Positions 36,910 to 50,486 of a DNA stretch of 64,000 nt are shown here, piece by piece. Position 1 is the stretch's first letter. Each line of letters begins with the position of its first letter. Source of the DNA: Octopus sinensis. Taxonomy: Eukaryota. A program made the translations under genes and the position numbers. The DNA lies in the NCBI RefSeq assembly GCF_006345805.1, contig NC_043005.1, forward strand, positions 72,106,001-72,170,000, in the 5' to 3' direction. Below the pieces are notes generated by a model. The model made no database searches. It saw only the letters and a program-made list of their open reading frames with translations, and was not told the origin of the DNA.

Positions 36910-38078
36910 TTTTAAGTTCTTGTTGAGAGTTTGTCCCCAACCAAATTTAATATCATCTTTAACTTCCCTAATTTAAAACCTCACAAACTTACCTCATTTA
37001 ACATTATCACACAGTCGTGGCTGTGTGATAAGAAGCTTGCTTTCCAGCCATGTGGTTCCAGGTTCAGTCCCACTATGTGGAACCTTGGGCAAGTGTTTCC
37101 TACCATTACCTATATATATATATCAGCATTGTCATTGTCATCGTTTAACATCTGCTTTCCATGCTAGCATAGGTTGGATGATTTGATTGAGGACTGGCAA
37201 GCCAGAAGGCTATACCAGGCTCCAGTCTGATCTGGAAAAGTTTCTACAGCTGGACGCCCTTCCTAACGCCAACTACACTGAGAGTGTAGTGGGTGCATTT
37301 TATGTGTCACCCGCATGAGGACCAGTCTGGTGGTACTGGCATTGATCATGCTTGAATGGTGCATTTTACATGCCATTGGCATGGAAGCCAGTCAGGCAAC
37401 ACTGGCAATGATCATGCTCAAATGATGCTTTTCACATGCCACCAGTATGGGGCCAGTCAGACAGTACTGGCATCAACCACGACAATGACTTCAGGAAATG
37501 AACCTGAAACCACATGGCTGCAAAGAGAACTTGTTAGCCTCATCACCATGCCATTGTTAACACTACCAAAATAACACACAATGGTAAAAGGCATAATATT
37601 CTTTTGTTTTTGTTCCCTTAATCTTGTCCCTTTGTACAAGCAGAGTAGATTTGTTGTGGGGCCCACTGCTTGCCTTGGTTACTAAAATATAACTGATATA
37701 TTTTCATATGATTCGTTACAGTTATTCTTCATTTTGTTTTAGTTTTAAATCTACAAGAACAAACTGGATGTTTATAACATTGACAGAACATTTTTGTTAC
37801 ATGGCAGTTATCTGAACAATTATTCATAGAAATACAAAATATTTTAAATAGAGTTATAAAGTAATACTCGGTCTCATTTCAAAATTCTATACAAGCTGCT
37901 GCTGTGGCTACTGCTGCTGATGCACCTCCTCCTCCTCCTCCCCCAGAGCACTGGATGTGGTTGGGTTTGGAGAGGAATAAGCTCTGCTAAATTTAAAATA
38001 TCTAAGACACACTGAATGTCACAGAAGCTCTCTTACAATTTCATCATGTATATAATTATCTGTCTCTCTCTCCCTCCC

Positions 38079-38150
<72 letters not shown>

Positions 38151-38329
38151 CCGATCTATATATGTATGTGTGTATGTGTGTATTCATATACACACTCACA
38201 ACCACATATTCACTCCATAGGAGAAAATGTACTCAATACCACAGGAAGGTGAAGTAGTTTATTAAAGTTGATCTATAGTTACAACCAGATGAACTGTGTG
38301 CATGTATGAACACACACACACACACACTA

Positions 38330-38780
38330 TGTAACAGCATGAGTGGTCAAGAATTTTACTTCTTAACCACAGTTTCCGGTTCAGTCTTATTGAGTGGCAC
38401 CTTGGGAAAGTCTCTTCTACTTGGGCCAAACAAATCTTGTTGAGTGAATTCAACAGACAAAAATTGAGAGTAGTTCATTTGTGTGTGTTTGTAATCGTGT
38501 GTGTGTGAACGTGTGTGTTTGTGTATATGTACATATGTGTGAGTGTGTGATTTTGTGTTTCCTTGTTTTGACACCACATGTTAGCTGTTAGCATCACTGT
38601 CATACAAGCTGTATCATTAATATCCAATGTTCTGCAAAAACTTGTCTGGTCATGGGGAAGTATTCCCTTACTTGGAAACAGGTGTAGTATGTGGCATAAA
38701 GGGCAACCAGCCTTAGAAAATCTGCATCCATAAACTCTGTCCAACACATGCTAGTTTGAGAGAGCAAGCATTAAAAGGAT
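38330..38780 (+). mobile_element. Chimeric SINE family J, diverged full copy
   Basis: Family A-like head, (GT)-rich linker, J body, C-like core and tail. Confidence 0.65.
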
Positions 38781-38788
38781 ATGTGTGT

Positions 38789-38828
<40 letters not shown>

Positions 38829-40389
38829 AATAAAGAGAAAGTTCTATATTTGAAAGCACGAGTTGAGATGGCTTTCTGAGGTGATAATTTTTTATTTTAA
38901 TCTTAATCACTCACTGTAAACGTTATTATTAAAATTAAAACAGAAATCACTCCCTCAATAAAGCCATCTCATTCTTTCTAATATGTGTGTGTGTGTGTGT
39001 ATTTATATGGGTGTGCGTATATATATATATGTGTGTGTGTGTGTATGTATATATGTGTGTAGTAGTTCATTTGTGTGTGTGTGTTTGTATTCATGTGTGT
39101 GTGAGCGTGTATGTTTGTGTATATGTACATATGTGTGATTGTGTGATTTTGTGTTTCCTTGTGTATATATATGTGTGCGTATTTGTATATGTATATATAT
39201 ATATGCATATATATATATATATGTATATGTGTATAAAAGTATATATGTATATGTATATATATGTATATGTGTATATATGTATATATATGTATATATATAT
39301 TGCTATATATATGTATGTGTGTATATGTATGTATATATAGATACATATATATATATACATATATATCATTATGAATATATAGTGGAATTCATATTAAAAG
39401 ATGATGCATTAAAGGTTATTTATTGATGTTCATATTTTAGTTTTGTCGTTAGGTTATTCTTGACAAGTAAATGAGTCTCTCAATGTTTGGTCTCTTTATT
39501 CATTCGTACCTAATTATTACAATTATAATGATTTTTTTTCTCCCTGTGTATTGTTGTCATCACTAATAGTTAACTTCACATGACTCATTGCTATCAGGCA
39601 ATTTGATATTTTCTCTTAGTGTTGTGTTGATATTTTCTGTTTGCTCATTTCAGAGTTTCGAATGTAATTACCACAATATTCAATATCAATTGATATCATC
39701 TTGCATTATTAACTGCCACAGTAATATTTCTTGTAGTTGAACAGTAATTGACTTAGGTATTTGTCAGTAAATGCTTATAATGTACCACCCTCCTCTCAAA
39801 AGGAAGAAAAACCAGGCAAACATAAATACACAAAAGTAATGGATACATATAACAGATCCGTGGTTGTATGGATTATTGATGGTATTTTTCAGTAAAAGTT
39901 CCCAAGTTGCTAGAAACAACAGCCAAAGTTTCTCAAATTACTTACTAGTCTTAGCTGAGGAAGGATATGCTAGATTACTGCGTCCCAACTGTAGTTTCTT
40001 GGAGGATTCTTGAGAGGTTACTTGATGGTCCCTGAGAAATAGTGATTGCCGTCATCATTGGTACCATTCTTTAACATCCGATTTCCATGATGGCATGGGT
40101 TTGCTGGTTTGACCAGAGCTAGCAAGCTGGGAAGCTACACTAAGTTCCAGTCTGATTTGCCTTGGTTTCTACAGCTGGATGCCATTCCTAATGCCAACCA
40201 CTTTATAGTGCATGCTGGGTGCTTTTTACAAGCTACCTGCACAAGCGCTTTTAAATGGCACCAACACAAGTGCTTTTTATATGGCACTGACTCTTGCAGG
40301 CCACATCCCCTTTACCAGGAGATGTGGCCTTAACACTTCTGCTGTAGAAAACAGGTCTTGATAAATAGAGTAATTATATGCTAATGCAT

Positions 40390-40600
40390 TTCTGAGTAAT
40401 TTTGGAGCTCAAAATGTGCTCAAGGTGGTTGTTGGTGCAATGGATAATAATTTTGTGGATGTTTACCAAGTCAGTTGTCAGACATCAGAGCTTCAATGTA
40501 TTTATGACCAGGGAAACAAGGCATTCAGAATATGGTAGATGCATGATGGCGGGTATTCACTTGGTTGTATATCTTTGAACAGTTTCCAGAGCCATTTTTA
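40390..40600 (-). mobile_element. CR1/L2-group LINE RT C-terminal fragment
   Basis: Minus strand LETVQRYTTK*IPAIMHLPYSECLVSL...TLKL*CLTTDLVNIHKII resembles LERVQRRATK...LPY.ERL..L...TL..RR...DL...HKI. Confidence 0.7.
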
Positions 40601-41736
40601 TTTCTGGCTTTACAGTGTTAGCATGGCCACTCCGCTAGTAATATTAATCAGATCTTCTGGATTTTCAGTTACATGGACTCTCTACATTACATCTGTTTAT
40701 AAGTGATTACTGCATAGACTGATAGCCTAGTCTGTAAGAGGAGCTTTCTGTGATAGCTGCATGATTCACTGAATCCTTATTTTAAACTGCTTGTATGTGT
40801 GTGTGTTTGTGTTGCAGCCATCAATATTTTATACAGATTTTTATATAAGAAAGTAGAAGCATATGAAAGTACTTTTGAACAAAATATTTTTGTTTGTTTT
40901 TGCATATCTGTAAAGCCCATGCTGGAGCATGGTTTGCACAGATATGTTGAGAATTAAGGGATTAGATACGTTGTAGCAATGTTATTGCATAGCAGCAGAT
41001 AAGGTATTCATCTACCTGCTCTTAGATAATAATTGTAAATCTCCTGCAGGTGTTTTGTTGTAGTTTTTCAAGACACAACACCTTTCTCTGTACAATGTTC
41101 TAAATCACAAAAGATAGGTTTCTTATCCTGTGAAAGATTTCTTCTATTTATTGTATGCCTGTAAGTTAGAGGTAATCACCAAATTATCACCAAATCATAA
41201 AATCTGATTGAAGATAATAAGGTATTTATGTCATATTATAAGATCTAAAGCATTAATTTAGGGAAAACATAAGGACTATAATGGCATGCCAAATTATACA
41301 TGTCTTAGAATATTTCTAGAAACTAGATCCTTCTAAATCATGTAAGCAAACATGTTTTGTGAATTATGAGCTGCAGTAATCCTGATAAATGACATTTTCA
41401 TATATTATCACTCAATACCATTTCATTTTGAGAATTTTTTAATATATATATATATATATAAGAAATATTACTATTTATTTTAATCAGGCTGAGTATTTAT
41501 ATAAAAGATATTAATAATTTTTATATTATAAAGTACAAAAATAAAAGCCAAAAAGAAGGATAATAATGATATATTAATGATAAAGAAAAAAAAAAACTAA
41601 CACAATACAATACCAGGAAAAGTTTTCACACTCTCAACAATAATAAAATATACAATGCTGCTCACACCTCACCAACACGGAGGTGTATCAAGTGTTGCAC
41701 TAGAAATTTGCCCGAAATAACCAAATATTGAACAAT

Positions 41737-41784
<48 letters not shown>

Positions 41785-41795
41785 TATATATACCA

Positions 41796-42512
41796 TACAT
41801 GTGCATTGGACCTCTGCAGAATGTATAGGAAGAGGGTCGAAAGTGTAACTCACATTGTTAGTGCTTGTGAAAGTCTTGTGCAGAAAGAGTACAAGCGTAG
41901 ATTTGACAAAGTAGCCCAAAACCTCCACAGGCTCCTATACTGTAAGTATGGGTATGAGGTTACGTGTGCTTGGTACCAACATACAGTAGGAAAAGTAATG
42001 GTTGAAAAGGGGAAAGCAAAAATCCCCTGGGACTTTGACTTCCAAACAGACAAAGTGTTAGAGCACCAAAGGCCAGCTATAGTAACCTTTAAGAGGGACA
42101 AACAAGAGTGCCTCATAAACAACGTAGCAGTGCCAGGAGATTAACATATCATCATTAAAGAAAGAGAAAAAAGTTGATAAATATGGAGACCAGAGAATTG
42201 AGATCTCTAAGATGTGACAGCTACGAGAGTCAAACATAAAGGTTATCCCTATTGTCATCGGAGCATTGGGTTCAATACCATCCAATCTGAAAAAAACATC
42301 TGAAAACCTTAGAAATACCCTATAATCTAGATGTATTGCAAAAGTCGGTATTGCTTGGAACTGCATGTATATTGCATAAGGTATGGTTTCTCTGAAGTCC
42401 TTGTTGTGACTTGGCAAACAGTACACCCACCCCTGTAGATACAATATGTTCAACCTCACTATATTGTATACTGTGCAACTTCTATAATAATAATGCTAAT
42501 AATAATAACACC
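41796..42512 (+). mobile_element. 5'-truncated R4/Dong-clade non-LTR retrotransposon (zinc knuckle plus restriction-like endonuclease)
   Basis: CRMY..ESVTHIVSAC..L.QKEYKRRFDKVA...WDFDFQTDK...RPAIV...VAVPGD...EKVDKY...VIPIVIGALG; 3' UTR ends in (TAA)n and a (TAA)n run lies upstream at 41741-41780. Confidence 0.9.
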
Positions 42513-43010
42513 ACAAAACTTTCCATATGCTGTTTGCTGATATATGTTAAATTAGATAATTTATGAGGAAGTGTGTGGCAAGCATAAATTATGAAGATTA
42601 TGGAATTAGATTAATTAGAGCAATATTTCAGATTACTGCTCTTCCATACATCCAAATATATTAGAATATATGTATGTAGACACACATGAACACAAGCACG
42701 TACGCACATATCAACACACTGGATTGGTTATTTATACACATAGTTATGTGTGGGCATGTGGTCTGGTGGTTAAGATGTTTGACTCCCAATCATATGGTTG
42801 AGTGTTCACTTCCTGGATCGAGTGGTGTGTTGCAATGTTATTGGCCAATTACTTCATATATATATACAAGTAAGCACAAAGGTATAAATCAAGGTGAAAA
42901 AATAGCACTCAAATACCAAAGGTACAATAAAATAAAGCTGAAAAATCTTTTAAAACTCTTTCTCCAAGTAGTAAAATAGTAGTAAAATAAAATAGTGTAT
43001 ATATATATAT

Positions 43011-43302
43011 CACCGTCACCAACCAGGCTATCAGATGTTGCTACACATCGCCGGTCACGATGCGCTTCGTGTTGTTTTAGCCTTCGAATGATGCCACCCC
43101 GCTGGCTAAGTGAGCAGGCCAACAGAAGAAAGAGTGAGAGAATATTGTGGTGAAAGAGTACAGCAGGGATCGCCACCACCCCCTACCGGAGCCTTGAGGA
43201 GCTTTAGGTGTTTTTGCTCAATAAACACTCACAACGCCCGGTCTGGGAATCGAAACCGCGATCCTACGACCGTGAGTCTGCTGCCCTAACCACTGGGCCA
43301 TT
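43011..43302 (-). mobile_element. tRNA-derived SINE family E, tail variant 1
   Basis: Aligns end to end with 31531-31828. Confidence 0.85.
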
Positions 43303-44069
43303 ATATATATATATATATATATATTTACACACTATTATATATATATATACTCAGAGCACCAAGGAGTCTGAATTAAACTGTTTTGATTTATATGTATAAC
43401 TCCCAACAAAATTAAAGGGTCCTCTTCAACCTGTGTTGTCTCTGTTTCTTTACCAATCCATTTTCAAAGTGTAACTTAATGCAGTCTTGTGTGTGTTCAT
43501 TTCATACATATTTGAAATAATTTACTAATAACAATGAGGGAGCTGATGCATAGCCACTTGGCCTGTTAGAAATAGCAGCCAAACTTCTCTCAGATCATCT
43601 TAAGAACAACAAAGGTATATTGGTTTGCATGTTCATTGGTGCCAACTCTTTGATAATAAGCCTGTTGGATCGGTATTGTTTTGGTAGCTAAACAAAATAA
43701 ACATTGAACAAATTACAAACCAAGTAGAGACTGTTTATATGTTGCTCATCTCACTTGGGATTTCTAATTAATATTACCAAAGCTTGTGCTCTTATGCAAG
43801 TGAGACAGACTAATTTACATCTGTCATATGTGCATATACTACAAATAGTTATAATCTATTCTCTCTGTGGCTTGGAAATGAGTAAATACTCTCTGATGAA
43901 ATATTAATAAATGCTGAAACTAATCAGTTCATTTTCTGTGCCTGGTCACTCAGAGAAAACATCCATGGTTTAATCACAGTGTCTGCTTACTGAATTTGTA
44001 ATGTATGTATACTAAAACACAAACCTTGTTATTTTACCTTCACATGTACACATTCTTTTATTTTAAATT

Positions 44070-44445
44070 CTTTTACTTGTTTCAGTCACCTGACTGTGGC
44101 CATTCTGGAGCACCGCCTTTAGTCAAACCAACCAACCCCAGAACTTAGTCATTGTATGCCTAGTACTCGTTCCATTGGTATCTTTTGCCAAACTGTTACA
44201 GGGATGTAAACACACAAACATCGGTTGTCAAGTGAATGTGGGGGGGGGCACAAATACACACACACACACTTATATATATATACAACAGGTTTCTTTCAGT
44301 TTCCGTCTACCAAATCTACTTACAAGGCTTTGGTCGGCCCAAGACTATAGTAGAAAACACATGCCCAAAGTGCCCCACAATAAGACTGAACCCTGAACCA
44401 TCTGGTTGGTAAGCAAGCTTCTTACCACACAGCAACGTCTGTGTC
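44070..44445 (-). mobile_element. SINE family A
   Basis: Reverse complement of the family A consensus. Confidence 0.8.
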
Positions 44446-44446
44446 C

Positions 44447-44487
<41 letters not shown>

Positions 44488-44859
44488 AATGTATGTACGA
44501 AAATGTTGGTACAGATAAATGACAGAATTTACCTGGAAATCAATAAAACACACAACAGACATAGACACACTGAGCCCCTCATCAGTTGTTGACCAACGTT
44601 ACTCACCCTGTCAGCACTTTCCAATGATATTGCTCAATTTAGTAGTGTTAGCATCATAAGCTGTTGGAGTGTAGATGAACAGAAATGATTGATGAATAAG
44701 GACAGAAAAATAATCAAGACCAGGACAGTCACATAAAAATGAGAGTATCAGGACCAAATGCTAAACATAGACAAGGTGTAAGGGGAAATGGGAAAAGTAA
44801 CGTAACCAAGGGCTTCACATTGCATCAACATTGACTCATTTCAATGATTCTTTCTAGCA

Positions 44860-44947
44860 ATGGCTTTGCTCATATACAAGAAAGCAGCTAATATAATAAT
44901 ATATATATATATATATTAGCTGCTTTCTTGTATACGAGCAAAGCCAT
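44860..44947. repeat. Near-perfect 88-bp palindrome centred on a TA run
   Basis: Arms atggctttgctc(a/g)tatacaagaaagcagctaatata (36 bp each, one mismatch). Confidence 0.95.
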
Positions 44948-45469
44948 ATATATATATATATATATATATCATCATCATCATCATCATCATCATCATTTAA
45001 TGTCCACTTTCCATGCTAGCATGGGTTGGACGATTTGACTGAGGTCTGGTGAACCAGACTTCAATCTGATCTGGCAGAGTTTCTACAGTTGGATGCCCTT
45101 CCTAATGCCAACCACTCCAAGAGTGTAGTGGGTGCTTTTACGTGCCACCGGCACGAGGGCCATTGTGGTGGTACTGGCAACGGCCATGCCCAAATGGTGC
45201 TTTTTATGTGCCACCTACACAGGAGCCAGTCCAGCGGCACTGGCAACAACCTCACTCGAATTTTTTTCACCTGCCACCAGCACAAGTGGTAGTAAGGTGA
45301 CGCGTTAACGATCATGCTCTAATGGTGTGTTTAATGTGCCATTGGCATGAAGGCCACCTTGTTGCTCTGGCAACGATCTCACTCGCATATTAATCTTAGC
45401 ACTCCACTAGTAACAGATGCCAGTCACTGAGTTTGATTATGACTTTGATTTTATATATATATATATATC

Positions 45470-45524
<55 letters not shown>

Positions 45525-46944
45525 ATTATTATTTGATCATTTGAAGTGTTTAGTTCCTGTCAACTGTTTCCATGATGAATATATATCCATATATATATAT
45601 ATATATTTTGCTGTTGAGTACAATAGTGATTTTATTTGGAAAGTTTTCTCTTTATTTATAAATAACAGCTATAATATTAAATTGTATTTCTTTCGTATTA
45701 ACATTTTCTGACAAACAAAAAGTGTTGCCATTCATATAATTTCCTCTTTCAAGTATTGGAAATACAAATATCAAATAACAGATTTTGAAAGTCTGGTTTC
45801 TTAAATAACTTGAAATAACTCGTTGGATTTATTTCAAAAACCTGTTGTTAATTTTAATATTACAAACAATTATTGTTTTCATCAGTCTTATGAACTTGTA
45901 TTATTTTTTTTTCTCTAATTTTATATCTTTTTTTTTTCCGTTTTTTTTTTTGTCTGATTTTAGTAATATCTTAGACTCATATATGCTTCACTGAATTAGT
46001 TGTTAAACTACTTGTCTTTTCACCTCAAATATATTCAGTCGGTCTTATTATCATGTGAATCTAATATCTCAGACTTTGATTCAAACATTTTATGTTGCAT
46101 TTTGGCAAAGTTATATTGTCCACTTAAACATATACACCATTGAATTTTATCTTGTATCATTAATCTTATTATAGGTAACTTTTGTGAAAGTGGCTTTTTT
46201 TTTTGTTTTGCATTAAGTGCAGGTTGTGTGGTTTAGACAATTGATTTGTAGTCAAATTGTTTCAGGTTCAACCCCACTGTATGTCACTTTGTATTATATA
46301 CCAGAGATGACCAGTGCCTTAAGAATGAATTTGACTGATGGAATCTGTGTGGAAATCCATTGTGCATGTGATTGTATATGTGTGGGTGTATGCATGTGTG
46401 AGTGTGATTGTGTATGTGTGAGTGTGTGTGACTGTGTATGTGTGTGTGTGAGTGTGTGTGATTGCGTTATGCGTGTTGTTGTTGTTCTTAAGCAACAAGA
46501 CAGGTAAGGGTGAATAGGTGATGGTCTAGGGCTTAGGGGCGGGAGACCCCAGACCTTGGAAAAAAAAAAACTTTAGTCATCTTGTTGTAGTCGAGGGCTT
46601 TTTGTTGACGCCCAACCCCACTGGGAGGTGGCCCTCGAAGTCACTGGAAATGGAGATCTCCAGGTCCAAATTCTTGAATGGCTGTTATGTGTGTGTAAAC
46701 GTGTGTGATTGTGTCTGTGGGTGTGTGTAACTGTGTATATGTGTGTGTGTGATTGCATATGTGTGTGATTGTGTACGCGTATATGTGTGTGATTATGTAT
46801 GTGTGTATATATATGATTGTGTAAGTATGTGTGTGTGTGTGAGTGTGACTGTGTTTGTTACCCTCACTACCTCCACTTGAGAACCATTGTTTGTTTATGT
46901 CCTTGTAACTTACCAATTTACTAAAAGAGACATAAAAATATGTA

Positions 46945-47092
46945 CATGGTAAGAAGCTTGTTTCCCAACCACATGGTTCTAGGTTCAGTCCCACTGTGTG
47001 GCACCTTAGGCAAGTGACTTCTACTATAGCCTCAGGCCGACCAAAGACTTGTGGGTGGATGTGGTAGCTGGAAACTGAAAGAAGTCTGTCCA

Positions 47093-47124
<32 letters not shown>

Positions 47125-47760
47125 TTGTGTGCCTGTGTTTGTCCACCGTCCCCACCATTGCTTTACAACAAATGTTGGTGTGTTTATGTCCCCGTAACTT
47201 AGCGATTCAGTGAAGGGATTGATCGAATAAACACTAGGCTTACAAAGAACAAGTTCTGAGGTTGATTTATTCAACTAAGTGTGGTGCTCCAGCATGGCTG
47301 TACTCAAATGACTGAAACAAATAAATAAAAACGACATTAATGTGTTCATTAGCCGTGTGGCTGCAGGAGTGGCTGTGTGGTAAGAGGTTTCTTTCCCAAC
47401 CACATGGTTCCAGGTTCAGTCCCACTGCATAGCACCTTGTGCAAGCATCTTGTACTATAGTTTTGGTCTGACCAAACCCTCATAAGTGGATTTGATTGCT
47501 GGAAACTGAAAGAAGCCTTTCATATATGTGTGTGTGTATGAGTGTGTGTTACATCTGTGTTTGTCTCCCACCACCACTTGACAACCGATGTTAATGCATT
47601 TATATGCTTGTAACTTAACAGTTTGGCAAAAGAGATTGATAGAATAAGTATCACATTTAGAAAAAAATAAATACTAGGGTCAATTTATTTGACTAAAATT
47701 TCTTCAAGATAGTGCCCCAGCATGGCCAGTCTAATGACTGGAACAAATAAAATGTAAAAG
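46945..47760 (+). mobile_element. Two tandem family A SINEs (46945-47330 and 47363-47760)
   Basis: Two consecutive head-core-microsatellite-tail units. Confidence 0.8.
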
Positions 47761-48751
47761 ATGAAAGATAAAAGTTAATCATCATTGTTTATTTTTATGA
47801 TTTCATCAAAGTTCTATGATCTAGAACATACAAGGAAAAAATTTGTATATATGGTTTTTAAACATAAATCAATTAGTTTCACTTCTGTTTGAATAATATA
47901 CTATTATAGTTTTGAATAAATGGAAACATGAAAGTGATTTTTACAACTTTCCCATACGTCAGAAAATGAAAACATATTATATATTTTTTCATAAAAATAT
48001 TGAAAATAAAATGAGAGGAACTGGATTTACACCATTTTACTTTCTCCTTTAACTAGAGAGAAACATTTGGTTTATCGAAAAATTTCTGCTACTTTGGAAC
48101 TATTTTCTTGTCTTTCTTTGCTGCTTAAACAAGGAACCTTAGAAAAGAATGCTTCGCAATTAACTTTAATAATGTTAAATGAGTTTTCACTTTGCCATTG
48201 CAATTAATTAATCATTTTGAATGTAAATTATAAATAAAACCTTCAACTATTGTAAGTCCCACAACTGTTAGAATTTTGTTTTTTTTTCCCTTTCTTATTT
48301 TGTGATGTAAATTCTTGATGCTATTCAAGGAATTTACCTTATATTCTGATCTATAAATCAACTTTGTTCTTTTATATTTGATTCAAAAAGTAAAACAGCT
48401 TTAAACATTTTTGATTAACAATTGCACTTACGTAGAATGTTTAAGTTAATTAGTGATGAGAAAAATAAAATAATTACTTTTCAATGGGAAAATTTAATCA
48501 GCACCGCTCTATACTTAACTTGATGTATCTGATATAAGTTGCTTTGCTAAAGTGAAATTAAAGATTTGTCTTAAAAATGCATAAACTCTGTTGCTACAAA
48601 ACCTATATGTTTTTTTTTCATTTTTGTAAAACAGAAGCTTACTCAGTAAAATAAGTTTTAGCTTCTGTATCTGGAGTTAAGTGTCTTTCCAAAAGTTAAT
48701 GTAACTTCTACCATGTATAAAGATACAGTTAAATCATAATATGAAATTATA

Positions 48752-48982
48752 TATTTCTTTACTTCCCACAAGGGGCTAAACACAGAGGGGACAAACAAGG
48801 ACAGACAAACGGATTAAGTCGATTATATCGACCCCAGTGTGTAACTGGTACTTATTTAATCGACCCTCAAAGGATGAAAGGCGAAGTCGACCTCAGCGGA
48901 ATTTGAACCCAGAACATAATGGCAGACGGCTATGCATTTCACCCAGCATGCTAACGTTTCTGCCAGCTCACCGCCGCCTTAT
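48752..48982 (-). mobile_element. SINE family B monomer with 16-bp TSD
   Basis: TSD ataatatgaaattata at 48736-48751 and 48983-48998. Confidence 0.92.
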
Positions 48983-49581
48983 ATAATATGAAATTATAAT
49001 CAAGCATTTATTATAGAAACTCATTTACTCCATTTAAAATCACCTGGTCTTTGTTTTTCTGTCTGTCTACTGTGTCCTTGTGTGTGTATATATATGTATG
49101 CATTTGTGTATGTATGAGTCTACATGTGCATGTTTGTCTGTGAGTGTGATGGTAAGTCAATTATATACACCAATTTCTGTTGGCACTTTATAGAGTAAGG
49201 TTGATAGTTGATGTATCATGATGCTATATAGACTAATTTACTCACATTGTAATTATTGTCTCTGGGTAGTGATGTTGATATTTCAAAGAGAAATTTACAT
49301 TTGTCTTTCACAGTGAGATGGAATACAACAGGCAATCAATCCAACTTTATTAACAAGTCTTCATGACTCTCTTAATCAATATTCAAGTCGAATTTTTAAC
49401 CTAATTGTTTAGAATTAAAAAAAACAAGTAAAGTCTCTCAGTGTACAACTTTGATCTTATTGGCTTAAAGCAAATACAGATTAAACATTCTTTTGAATAT
49501 TCTACCAGTCTGTGTCAAGCAGTGTTCCTTGATAATCTGGTTCCTATTTCCAACTGCTAAATAAACTGAGTCTATTATATA

Positions 49582-50015
49582 CTAGCAGTATAGCCTGGCG
49601 TTTTTTAGTTGTGCTTAAAACGGCAGACTTTGATGTCACGTTAAAAAAGTTTTGACGTAGTTTCAATCTTTTTTGAAAAGTAAAAATTTTGCATTATGTA
49701 GCTTGTTATTTTCTTTAAATGAACATTTTTCTGGTTGAAATACACAGAAAAATGGCGACACAGCAGTCAAAAAATCATTAAAAAATTGAGATATTCATAG
49801 AAAAAGCACTTTTTTGATGTAAATAATTTTTTATCTTAACATGGTCCAATTTGAATTTTTTCTTCTACAGAATGAAGAGCAGGCCTTCTTTATCATACTC
49901 TCAATTTTGGTCAACTTGTGCCGCAGGGTCTCGGAAGAGATAGTGTTAGTTGAAGGCTACCAAACCTGCCACACACACACACACTCACAGACAACTTCAG
50001 CTTTATATGTATAGA
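49582..50015 (-). mobile_element. Non-autonomous Helitron, subfamily 1 variant
   Basis: A|TC and CTAG|T termini; a different, longer segment lies just inside the 3' end compared with the other two copies. Confidence 0.8.
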
Positions 50016-50294
50016 TTTTGTCACATGCACCAATGCCATCAGGAAATTTTGAACTCTCAATTAACGAGCTACTGATCCAGTGACTCACCCATTCCACTAT
50101 TTTACTGATGCTACTTATGGCTTGGTAACCACAAAATAGATCCTGTGGCCTTTGATTTCCAAAGTGACAATCTTACATCCTCTTTTGTAAATTGCAAATC
50201 CTATGGGTCCTACTCAAGGACACAATGCATCACTGGGAATTGAACTCATGACCTTACAATCGTGGGCAGAATGCCCTAACCACTAAGCCATGCA

Positions 50295-50345
<51 letters not shown>

Positions 50346-50417
50346 TTATTACATATTATTTATATATATATACACACACACACGCACACACACATACACA
50401 CACACACACACACACAT

Positions 50418-50486
<69 letters not shown>

